Of a stretch of DNA of 64,000 bases, positions 51,041 through 64,000 are shown one piece after another (position 1 is the stretch's first letter; each line of letters starts with the position of its first letter). The stretch lies in the NCBI RefSeq assembly GCF_009914755.1, contig NC_060933.1. One strand, written 5' to 3'. The stretch comes from the human T2T-CHM13v2.0 reference genome, Homo sapiens. Under the pieces are notes generated by a model, which saw nothing but the letters and a program-made list of their open reading frames with translations, was not told where the DNA came from and did not search any database. Both the position numbers and the translations under genes were made by a program.

Positions 51041-51825
51041 TTTTTATAAAAATAATAACTCTGCATATAGAATCTATGCATGTTAATGGCTTTGCATTTA
51101 TTATCCATTTCCAAATAGAGGTAATTCTATCCAAACCTACTATTTGCCCAAGAATAGGTAGAGGGGATGGAGACAGTGATTTGGGGGAGACATTAGCTTT
51201 GGATTGGATATTTTGTCTCATAAAAAATTCTTACAACTCTGCAATATCTTCTGTTCAAAAAAGTTGTGTAGAGAGTGAGCAGATCATTCAGACAGATCAC
51301 ATATCCCAGCTTACTGAGTGTGTGTGAGTTGCGGGAGGGTAGACAGATTTTTGGTGCTTTACCACTACTTGATGACTTGGTTTAGCATTTATGAAGAGAG
51401 TGGCAGGGCAAATCGACTACAAAGGTAATTGCTCTTTTCCTTCTATTTTCCTACATCTCTTGCCTTGAGATGATTCCTCCATGTTAAGGTTTTCAGTTTT
51501 CGGGTTTTGCAGATAATAAACATTAAGGATTCACACAGTAGTGCCATCGGTGTCACTTTCTCCATCAGTTCACTCTGGTAGGGAACCAGCCCCTTCACAC
51601 AGATGTCCCCCACGTTTTGCCAGTTCTCACCACCAAACATTGGGCCTTTGTGTACTCTCTCCTTACTTAGAGAGAAATTTGAAAGCCAGTTAAGATCTGT
51701 AGAGGACTATATCACCTTTTAGGGTTGTCCACTGATTTAATAAAAATTATACTCTGTTTGGCAGATAATTCTTATAGCTTGTGATTTGAGAATTGTAGCT
51801 CTTTGCTAGTTTCATAGTAGATCAA

Positions 51826-52143
51826 TTTATTCATTTATTTATTTGTTTTTTAGAGATGAAGACTTGCTCTGTCACCTAGGCTGGAGCATAGTAGCACAAT
51901 CAGAGCTCACTGCAGCCTTGAATTCCTGGGCTCAAGAGATCTTCTTGCCGCAGGGCCCAAAGTAGATGGGACTATAGGCATACACCATCATGCCTGGCTA
52001 ATTTTTAAATTATTTTCATTTTTATTAGAGATAGGCTCTCACTAAGTTGTCCAAGTTGGTCTCAAATTCCTGGCCTTAAGCAATCCTCCCACTTCAGCAT
52101 CCCAAAGTGCTGGGATTATAGAGGTGAGCCACCATACCTAGCC
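51826..52143 (-). mobile_element. AluJo-like
   Basis: GCTCACTGCAGCCTTGAATTCCTGGGCTCAAG; TSD CA(T/C)AGTAGA. Confidence 0.87.
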
Positions 52144-52428
52144 TCACAGTAGACACAATTTTCCTTCCAATTTTTCCTTCTTTTAGTTCATTTCAGCAGC
52201 TTTGAGGGAAGCACAGAGAAGACTTTACCATATCTTTGAGTTAATGAATCAATGAATCTTGTGTTTCTACGAAAATAATATTAGTAACTACCAAATGTCA
52301 TTGTTATTAACAAATCTGTTGTTATTATATATCTTTATTCTCTCTCAATTCTTAGGAATGTGTATGGCAAAAAAAGAGTTCATGAATGAGATTATAAATA
52401 CTTTGCAGTAGAAGTATTTTGGAAAGGG

Positions 52429-52964
52429 TGTATCTGGTGATGTTCTCCATCTCATCCTTCAAATCCATTTTCTACCCTTCCCTGCCTATGTGCCTCATGA
52501 GGCTGTGCTTTGTGCCCTGTGAGGCTGACCTCTATGGACTCCCTCAGCTTGCCTCTCTTACTCTTTGACTTCCTGTTGAGTTGGCTCAATGGAAGGCACC
52601 AGCAGGAGAACCATGGATGAGAGAAAATTGAGGTCAGTGTACGGTTTAATCTATGGTTTCTCTTCCTACAGGGCAGTGGGTTGGCCAGGGCATCTTTCCT
52701 CTTCTGAAGGCCACAGCAGCCCTTCCTACTGCTACAGCTACAGCTCTCTCCCACTGCTGGTAGCCACTTCCTTCCTTTGCTCCTCTGGGACTTGATGTGG
52801 CGATGGCTCCCTTATCACTTTGTTAGCCCCTGGGTGCTTCACCATTGCTGTGGGTTACTGTCAGCTCTGCCTTTGCCTTTGTAAAGCAGTCTCTTTATTA
52901 AGATTATTTCAATTATCCAGTTGGAGTATGCCATCTGCTTCCAGCTGGGATCCTAGCTCACACA
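52429..52964 (+). mobile_element. LTR33 ERVL solo LTR
   Basis: GAGGCTGACCTCTATGGAC...CAATGGAAGGCACCAGCAGGAG...GAGTATGCCATCTGCTTCC...CACA. Confidence 0.7.
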
Positions 52965-53607
52965 GCATGTGAGGATAGAAGCACTGAAAGTCTTATGAGA
53001 ACCCTTCTTATTGCCGGGATGGAATCTGGTGATTTCTGTTTGTTCATACATTCTGGTCATTGGACCTCAAGGTTCCAATATAGGGAAGAGATATTGAGTG
53101 TTGTTATGTGCACACTCAAATATTTAAGAAGGAGACACTCCTATTCCACAGATATCAAAGTGCTCATTTACTTCCCACTGAAAGATGTCATTTTCTTATA
53201 TATAACTTATAATAAAAATTCCCCAAATTTGATGCCTTAGAGGGAAGACCAATCTCAGTTATGAGTAGGCTTAATCAAAATTTTATTTTATTTAAAGAAA
53301 TGAAATCTCATTTCTCTTCATTATAGGAAGGAACATTCCTGGTCGAAATTCTGTTTTTGTAAATAGGTCTTTATAGTATTTGATGTGCTATTTAAAAATG
53401 TGATAATTTAACCTATTAATAGTACATAAATGGATGCTACCTAAATTACTGCCAAGTCAATTAAGTCTATACCATCATGTGTAATCTTTTTCACAGATAG
53501 TACAAAAGCATAAAATATAGTGTAATGAAAATGTGTGTTTCACAAGTTCTGAATAAATGGGTTATAAATTAAATATATCACAATCCACTGACTTTTATAT
53601 AGTATTT

Positions 53608-54002
53608 TGATATAGTTTGGATATTTGTCCTCCCACCCAGATCTCATGTTGAAATGTGATCCCCAGTGTTGGCAGTGGGGCCTAGTGAGAAGTGTTTGAG
53701 TCATGAGGGTGGATCCCTCATGAATGGCTTGGTACCTTCCCTGAAGTAATAAATTAGCTCATGCAAGAGCTGACTGTTTAACAGAGCCTGGCACCTCCTC
53801 CCCTCTCTCTTGCCATGTGACACTCCTGCTCCCCTTCACCTTCTGCCGTGAGTGGAAGCTTCCTGAGGCCTCACCAGAAGCAGATGCTGGTGTTATGCTT
53901 CTTGAACAGTCTGCAGAACTGTGAGCCAAATAAATCTGTTTTCCTTATAAATTACCTAGTCTCCAGTATTTCTTTATAGCAATGCAAAAACAGACTAATA
54001 CA
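53608..54002 (+). mobile_element. MSTB solo LTR
   Basis: TGATATAGTTTGGATATTTGTCC...GGATCCCTCATGAATGGCTTGG...GACTAATACA; TSD TATTT/TATCT. Confidence 0.88.
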
Positions 54003-54991
54003 TATCTCATACTTGAAAAGTCAGTTGTTGTTTAGACTGCTTGCCCTACTTTTAATACTTCAATTTCTCTGTCAATCATGTTTATTTATTAATTCATTCA
54101 ACTCATAATTATTAAGTACCTGGTATGTGCCAGACACTTTTATGGGTATCTGTGGTACAAATAGGAGTAAGACATTGTCTTTGCCTTCATAGGGGTCACA
54201 ATCTAATGAGAAACATAGTTGGTCAGGTAATTATAATAAAACATGGCAAGTGTTTATTCAAAGGAAAGGTTTGATGGAATACTATCTGTCAGAGGCACAT
54301 AGCCTTGGGGCAGGAGCCTAAATGAATTTTAGGAGTCCAGGGATTCTAAGATGAGGTCAAAATCCAAGCCTATTTCATAGCCCTTGAAATTAATTTAGCA
54401 TAAAAAAATCTTTAATGTTTGGACTAGTCATCTTACAACTGGTTAAGTCATTTACTTAAAAAATTAGCAACCCAAATCCTGTATTAAAACTAGTTTGAAT
54501 AACCGACTTAACCTTCAACTCTTTTAGTTTGCACTATGACTAATGCTGCCTCCGTGATCATGGGTGAGGCAGCATTGTGGAGAATGCCTGCCCCCTTGAG
54601 GAATCAGAAACTCAGCTTTCAGATGATGGTGCAAAGTGGGATCACAAACAAAATGAAACAAAAAACAAAGAACAAAAAGGAAACAACACAAAAACCAAAA
54701 CAGAACAAACAAAACGATATGAAGATTTGGTGGGCACTGCTAAACCCTTTGTAGATACTTGGTTTTAGTCACGTTTGCTGAGATCACATCGAAAGCCTCT
54801 GAACCTCTGAAAGGCATTAAAAGTTGTCCCACTGCACCTATGAGCCATCCAGAGAAACGTTAAATAAGTTGGTCCAGAAACACTTTTGAAGTCCTCCATC
54901 CTTTCAATACTTTTCTTACTTCTTTGCTTCTGAGCGGGAGGTGCAGCATTTAAAATCAAAGACATTAATAATAAGGTCTCATTTCCTAAGA

Positions 54992-55163
54992 CAGCATCTT
55001 TCCCACTGCAATGTGCATATGAATCATTTGGGGTCATGTTGAAAAGCAGATCCTGATTCTGTAGATAGGGGGTGTAGTTGGGGGGTTCCTGTGTTCCCAA
55101 CAAGCTTCCCAGGAGGTGATGCTGATGCTGCTGGTCTGCAGACCACACTCTGAGTAGCAACAT
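54992..55163. mobile_element. MER5A
   Basis: GTGCATATGAATCA...GCAGATCCTGATTC...AACAAGCTTCCCAGG...GGTGATGCTGATGCTGCTGGTCTGCAGACCACACTCTGAGTAGC. Confidence 0.8.
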
Positions 55164-56152
55164 TCTCAGTGCAAATATAGAGCACAGGGCTTTATATAAC
55201 ACAAGATGTGGGTGTGGGGTTCCTCATCCTTTTACATTTCCCATCCTAAGACAATCTCATAGTAGGCGAGTCTGATGATGAATTGGAGTTCAACAATCTG
55301 TGTGTGGAACAAGTAAACACACAGAGCAAAACCTGGCTCTTCATTTTAATTGGCACAACTTAGCAGTTACATGTGGATAGGCAAAGTCTCTATTTTTTGG
55401 GAAATCAGAATGGGGTAGGGGTTAGCCAATAAGTGTATATGAGATAGATAAATGCAATCTTATCTTTTAAAATATGATTTGAAAATTTTGTGGTCATAAA
55501 TAATTTATATCCTAAAAATATTCTTCTTTGGTCAGTCCTTTAATATTTTAAAAGTAGTGAATCTAATTGTTTATGGCCTCATGTGGCTGTAAGCCATAAT
55601 ATCTTGGTATAAATCTCTAGTTATGATTATATGGATATAATATGAATATGATGTGTTAGGCCCAAGAAGCTCGTGGTATTCCATTTTCTGAACAAGATCA
55701 ATAAACTCTGGGATCCTTACTATTAAAAGCAAGGGAAAAGCAACTTGTTTTGTAAAAGATAATTCAAACATGTTAGTAAGTTGTGTTTTCATTTATGTGA
55801 GATGAGAATTATCTCCAAAACTCTTTCATTGTAATGGGAGCTAAGCTTTATAAAGACAATGCATATTTGTTAATTAGACTGCACAGAACAAGGTTCAGTT
55901 ATGGATTCTTGATTGCTTGGTAAAATGATGGCTCTTCAAACCTAATTACATTTGGGTGAGCTAAAGCACAGTTCTGAAGGACTCAATATGTTCACTCCCA
56001 GCCTTCATCAGCTGTACAATTTGCTTTCCTGTTAGTTTTACTTTAGATCTTGAAATTAAAAGCATTTTGTTATATCAGGATGGTGTGTCTATGACTTCAG
56101 TGCAAGTAGAGGAGGAGTGTTCTACCCTGGAATAACACAAATTAGAGGTGCC

Positions 56153-56167
56153 TGTATGTATGTGTAT

Positions 56168-56218
<51 letters not shown>

Positions 56219-56220
56219 AT
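56153..56220. repeat. (TG)n microsatellite
   Basis: Seen directly. Confidence 0.95.
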
Positions 56221-56441
56221 TAAACTTCATGCTTTTTAAAGCCTCCTTCTAAAATGCCATCTTTCAGATGTGCCTATCTGTGTCTTATTTTGGTAGTTTT
56301 TCTTTTCTTTCCCCATTCAACCGTCTCTTGGGAATTAGAAAAGGATTCCTAAGATCAAAATCCCCAATTTTCTGGAAAAGCTTTGGCACTTGTTACTCTC
56401 TCCCCACATTTTCCTGCTTCCTAAGATTGGTCAAGGGCAGG

Positions 56442-56755
<314 letters not shown>

Positions 56756-56859
56756 TCAAGGGCAGCCATAGGCCCTCTGGGTGACAAGGAACAGAGATTT
56801 ATATAGTCCATCTTACAAAATATGGATAAAGGGTCTCTTTCTCTCTATATATATGTATT

Positions 56860-57370
56860 TTGTGTGTGTGGTAAAATATACATAGCATAAAATTTACCAT
56901 TGTAACCATTTATAAGTGCATAATTCAGTGGCATTAAGTACATTAACCATGTTGTGCAATCATCACCATTTCCAGAACTTTTTCATCATCCCAGACTGAA
57001 ACTCTCTACCCATAAAACATCATCTCCCTATTCTCCCCACCCCCTACCCCCCATTCTACTTTTGGTTTCTGTGAAACTGCCTACTCTAGGTGCCCCATAT
57101 ATGTAGAATCAAACACTATTTATTCTTTTGTGTCTGGATAATTTCACTTTGTGTAATGCTTTGAAGGTTTATCCCTGTTGTAGCCTGTGTCAAAATTTTA
57201 TTCCTTTTTAAGGCTGAATAATATTCCATTGTATGGCTATACCACGTTTTATTATTCATTCATCTATTGATGGACATTTGGGTTGTTTCCCCCTTTTGGG
57301 TATCATGAATAGTGCTGCCATGAACACTGGTGTACAAGTATGTGTTTGAGCTTTATATTCTTTTGGGCAT
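56860..57370 (-). mobile_element. L1MB-type 3' end
   Basis: GGTAAAATATACATAGCATAAAATTTACC...CCTTTTTAAGGCTGAATAATATTCCATTGTATG. Confidence 0.82.
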
Positions 57371-57374
57371 AAGG

Positions 57375-58220
57375 GTTAATAGATATTTATTGAAAGCCTA
57401 TTATGAGCCAGTACAGTATTTTCTAGAAGTTGAGGCTATTGAGGAAATGGACAGCATCCCAGCCCTTGTATAAACACAAGAATGATAAATAAGCAATTCT
57501 AGATACCAATAAAATCCTACCAGAAAAAGAAAATTTAAAAATGGGTTAGAGTATCTGACGTTGGGGCAAAAAGTGGGTATGGGCAACCTCATGTAACATA
57601 GGAGGAAGGAGAGCTCCAGGCAAAAGGAATGGCCAGTGCGAAGCCTGAGCTAGAAAGGGCGCCATGGTGGTGGAAGGGGCTCGAGGGTGGTGACTGGGGG
57701 AGATGCTGGGGGAGAAGAGGTCAGAGGCTAGGTCAGCCAGACCTTCTAGGCCACTTAGGTCCAGGTGTCACAAGGCTCAAAGTTTATGCAACTTTGAAGG
57801 CCCTTGCAGAGGAAGAATAAAAACATATCTTCCTTTTGCAAACTTTACAAAAACATGCCCATCCCTTGAAAACACATTACTAGGTCCCTTCCAGAGTTTT
57901 CAGGGGCTCCAAGTGAGGGGCCGTGGCTCTTAAGCTTCAGTGGGTCCACAGTGATCTGTCTCTGAGTGCTGTAGCAAGAGTCTGGCTTTTGTTTAGATGA
58001 TGAAAGGAAACTATTGGGGGATTTTAAGCAGAGGAGTTACACAATCTGATATGTAGTTTAAAAAGATGGTTATGGTTGTTGTGTGAAGAACGGGCTGTAG
58101 AGGGCAAAGAGGAATTAGGGGATGAGAGGAGGCTGGAGACCTGTTGCAGGTGAGAACTGAAGGGTGTGATTGATGGCTGTGCCAGTCCGGATGGTGAGAA
58201 GTGGTCGGATTTCACAACAG
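57375..58220 (-). mobile_element. L2 body with a probable hAT-type insert (~57755-57960)
   Basis: ATATTTATTGAAAGCCTATTATGAGCCAG...; GATTTTAAGCAGAGGAG...AGGAGGCTG antisense L2 motifs. Confidence 0.6.
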
Positions 58221-58883
58221 TCTCTGAGGAGAGAATTCAAAATTGGTACTGCTAATGATGGCATAATAGACAAACACACTGTGATATTGATGAGGAGGAT
58301 TCTTCCTTTCCTTTCATCTTAGCCTCCTCAAGCCTCTGGTCTCACCATTATATTGTAGCAATATTGTCAATCATTTGAGTTTAGGAGCTAAGAGGTCCCT
58401 CCCAACTATATTGAAGCTGTATGATGTTCACCTTGGCTACAGTCAACACTTATTTCTCAAATGAAGTTACATTGCCTTGTGGCTAAAAGCTTTGACACTG
58501 AAAAATGTATTCTCTGTAAAAGAGATGTCAGTGTATCATATTAAAGGTCAGAGATGCCCCAGGGTCAGAATCTCTGTGGTCCTAGCCAAACATTTTGTAA
58601 GAAAAAAATTCTCAAACACTGTGAGATTGTTTCAGATTCAGGAGCAAAGCAACCATTTGTCATTTGCAATTTATGATATTTTGCTTCTTCAGGCACCAGC
58701 CTGATGGCCTTTCATCTGGACCATGAAATATCATGACTGATTGGTTTTTTGAGGAGGGAGAATGTTCACACTTTTCAAACCAGCACATCTGGGGGCTAAG
58801 AAGGAAGCTTTGCTTGGGAGGAATCAGCCAGTTGTTTAGTGTGGTGGCTTTATGTTTTCTGAGAACAAAAGCAATATGGTATT

Positions 58884-58915
<32 letters not shown>

Positions 58916-59010
58916 CAATGGAGGGTCTTGGGAGCAGGGGAGACAGAGGGAGAGAAATACAGCGGAAGAGAGGATGACAGAGAGAGAGAGACAGACAGAC
59001 AGAGACAGAA
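58884..59010. repeat. (TG)n and (GA/GACA)n simple repeats
   Basis: Seen directly. Confidence 0.85.
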
Positions 59011-59359
59011 AGAACATACCCATACTGTGTAAACACATTTCTAGGAAACAGAAACGGAAAGACAGGTTGATTGCCTTGAGGGAGCGAGTTGGTATAGTTA
59101 AATGATAGGGTTTGGGGGTTTGAATCCTCAGAGAAGCTCAGGTAGAGGCAATGATAGTTGGGTGTTTGCTGATGAGCAGAAGGCTAGGTAACTGAGTGCT
59201 AGAACCTAAGCTCTCCCTGCTCATAGCAGTTTTTCTTTGGGTCTCAGGATGCCAGGCAAGAAGTGAGGATGGCTGGGAGCTAGGGAGTGGCATGTCATCC
59301 CTGGGGAGATGAGAAAGGGTCAGACTTGGTGTAAGTTTTGGAGATTGAGCTCACAGATT

Positions 59360-59362
59360 TGT

Positions 59363-59401
<39 letters not shown>

Positions 59402-59730
59402 AGGTTGTATGTATATTGTGGCAAAAAGAGAGGACTCACAGAGGAGGCCAAAGTATTTTGGCTTGAGCAGTAGGTAAATGATGTGCAATTTGCTCAAATA
59501 GGGAACCCTTGTTTGGGGGTGGGAAAGTAAGATTTGGTTTGGGAGCGTGTTAAGTTTGAAATGCTTATTAGACATTCAGATGGAAATGCTGAGAGGGTGG
59601 TTGGCTGTATGAGTCTTGTGTTCAGGGAGGTTCAGGAGTTCAACTGGGGAATCGTTAGTCCATGGATGGTGTTTAAGGCCATGGGATGAATGATATCACT
59701 TTGGTATTGAGTGTAGGTAGTATAGACAGA
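59360..59730 (-). mobile_element. (TG)n (59360-59400) followed by an L2 fragment
   Basis: TTTTGGCTTGAGCA...GTTAAGTTTGAAATGCTTATTAGACAT...GGTGTTTAAGGCCATGGGA. Confidence 0.75.
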
Positions 59731-59972
59731 GACAAGATTCAAGTTGATAGGCAGAAGTTTCTAGTATTCTGTAATCAGGTTTTCATTCCCTGTATCAATA
59801 TAGCCAATTTTATAAATATCCCTTCTGACCTCTCCAAAAATCTTATAAAGATATAAAGATAAATAAATAATATGTTCATGTCTCAAGGGAATTTAGGAAT
59901 AATGAGTTTAGCACATGAGTGTCCGTACATAATAAAAAACTCTTAGCAAACTAGAAATAGAAGAAAGTTATT

Positions 59973-60193
59973 TTATTAGTTCACTTACATACTGCTGATA
60001 AAGACATACCTGAGACTGGGTAATTTATAAAGTAAAAGAGGTTTAATGGACTCACAATTGCACACGGCTGAGGAGGCCTCACAATCATGGTGGAGGGCAA
60101 AAGGCACATCTTACATGGCAGCAAGCAAGAGGGAGAATTAGAGCCAAGTGAAAGGGATTTCCCCTTGAAAAACCATCAGTTCGTGTGAGACTT
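59973..60193 (-). mobile_element. THE1B-like LTR, truncated, within L1 ORF2 fragments
   Basis: CTGCTGATAAAGACATACCTGAGACTGGGTAATTTATAAAG...AAACCATCAG...GTGAGACTT. Confidence 0.85.
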
Positions 60194-60629
60194 TAATATG
60201 GTTGCTAGATACATGATGAATATAAAAAATCAATTTCATTTCAACAGTCCCATAATAAGTAGAAAATCTAATTTTTAAGAAAAAATACAATTTCAGTAAT
60301 AACAAAATCCGAAAAGTACTTATAAATAAATATAGCACAAACTTGCAGGACCTTTATGTGAAAAAATAAAGTTTAGTACATTTACAGATTGTTTAACTCC
60401 ATGTATCTCTACAGAAGGTTGCCTTTGAGAGTAAATAAAGCAAATATCTTCCAAGCAAACATGAACTATGAATGGAAAAGATATTAATGCTCAATCTTTC
60501 ATCATTATGTCCACCTCCAAATACATATTTCATATCCTAAAAATGGTAAAAATGCTATGTAATGGGATTTTTTTGTGTGTGAAGGAGGGATTGCTTCAGA
60601 GAATAGGTTAAACCAAACTAAGCAGAATT

Positions 60630-61060
60630 TTTAAACAGCTTTTTTGAGAGATGATTTAAATACCACACAATGAATCCATTTATAAAGTGTACTGTTCAAT
60701 GGCTTTTAGTGGTGTATCCACAAAGTTGCCCATAAAGTCCATCCACAAAGCCATGTTGCCCAGGCATCCTTCATCAAAATCAATTTTAGAACACTTTTTT
60801 AAGCCCAAGAATCCCCCCTACTCCCTTACCCACCCCCTCCCAATACCCTATCTTTCCAGCCTTAGGCAGTCACTAATCTACTTTCTATCTATATAGATTT
60901 TTAAATTCTGGACATTTCGTATAAATGGAATAACACAATACGTGGTCCTTTGTGACTGGCTTCTTCCACTTAGCATAATGTTTTCAAGGTCCTTCTACAC
61001 CATAGTATATTATCAGTATTCCAGGTCTTTTATTGCTGAGTAATATTTCAATGTATAGTA
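60630..61060 (-). mobile_element. L1MB-type 3' end
   Basis: ACAGCTTTTTTGAGA...CACTAATCTACTTTCT...TTCTGGACATTTCGTATAAATGGAAT...GACTGGCTTCTTCCACTTAGCATAATGTTTTCAAGG. Confidence 0.82.
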
Positions 61061-61155
61061 GAATTTTATAAACATTTAACACTTTGCAAAGATGTGAGTC
61101 AGCTCTAAGTAAAATGATGTATCCATAATTATAAATTAGATTGTTTTCTAACTAA

Positions 61156-61560
<405 letters not shown>

Positions 61561-61618
61561 AAAACAACTCTTTCAGAAAAATGTGTGGCTTCTTGAGATA
61601 CAAACCCTAGCAAAGTAT

Positions 61619-64000
<2,382 letters not shown>

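Overview
Primate (human-like) genomic DNA dominated by interspersed repeats: Alu, L1, L2, MIR, MaLR/ERV LTRs and hAT/Tc-mariner DNA transposons. There is one CpG-island promoter at about 41.45-42.72 kb. Its + strand first exon (about 42203-42282) ends in a strong-Kozak ATG-GA followed by a GTGAGT donor, so it contributes only 5 coding nucleotides. From memory this best matches the distal first exon of PALM2/PALM2AKAP2 (9q31.3); I could not verify that here. The remaining ~22 kb appears to be intron 1, and the first ~41 kb appears intergenic. No listed ORF looks like a real protein-coding gene: the recognisable ones are Alu, Tigger1, THE1-int or L1 remnants, and the rest look like chance or low-complexity frames. 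The most notable unexplained signals are: (i) two independent tailless 5'-half tRNA retrocopies (Phe and Ala), each ending just after the anticodon and flanked by a target-site duplication (TSD); (ii) several templated-insertion or template-switch scars, including a double inversion inside an AluY and a 20-bp snippet shared with a nearby Tigger1; (iii) two candidate 5' splice donors bracketing the start codon; (iv) a MADE1 hairpin with a symmetric base-pair change in intron 1. Repeat subfamily names are from recalled consensus sequences, not from a RepeatMasker run. I found no evidence for a new multi-gene system.
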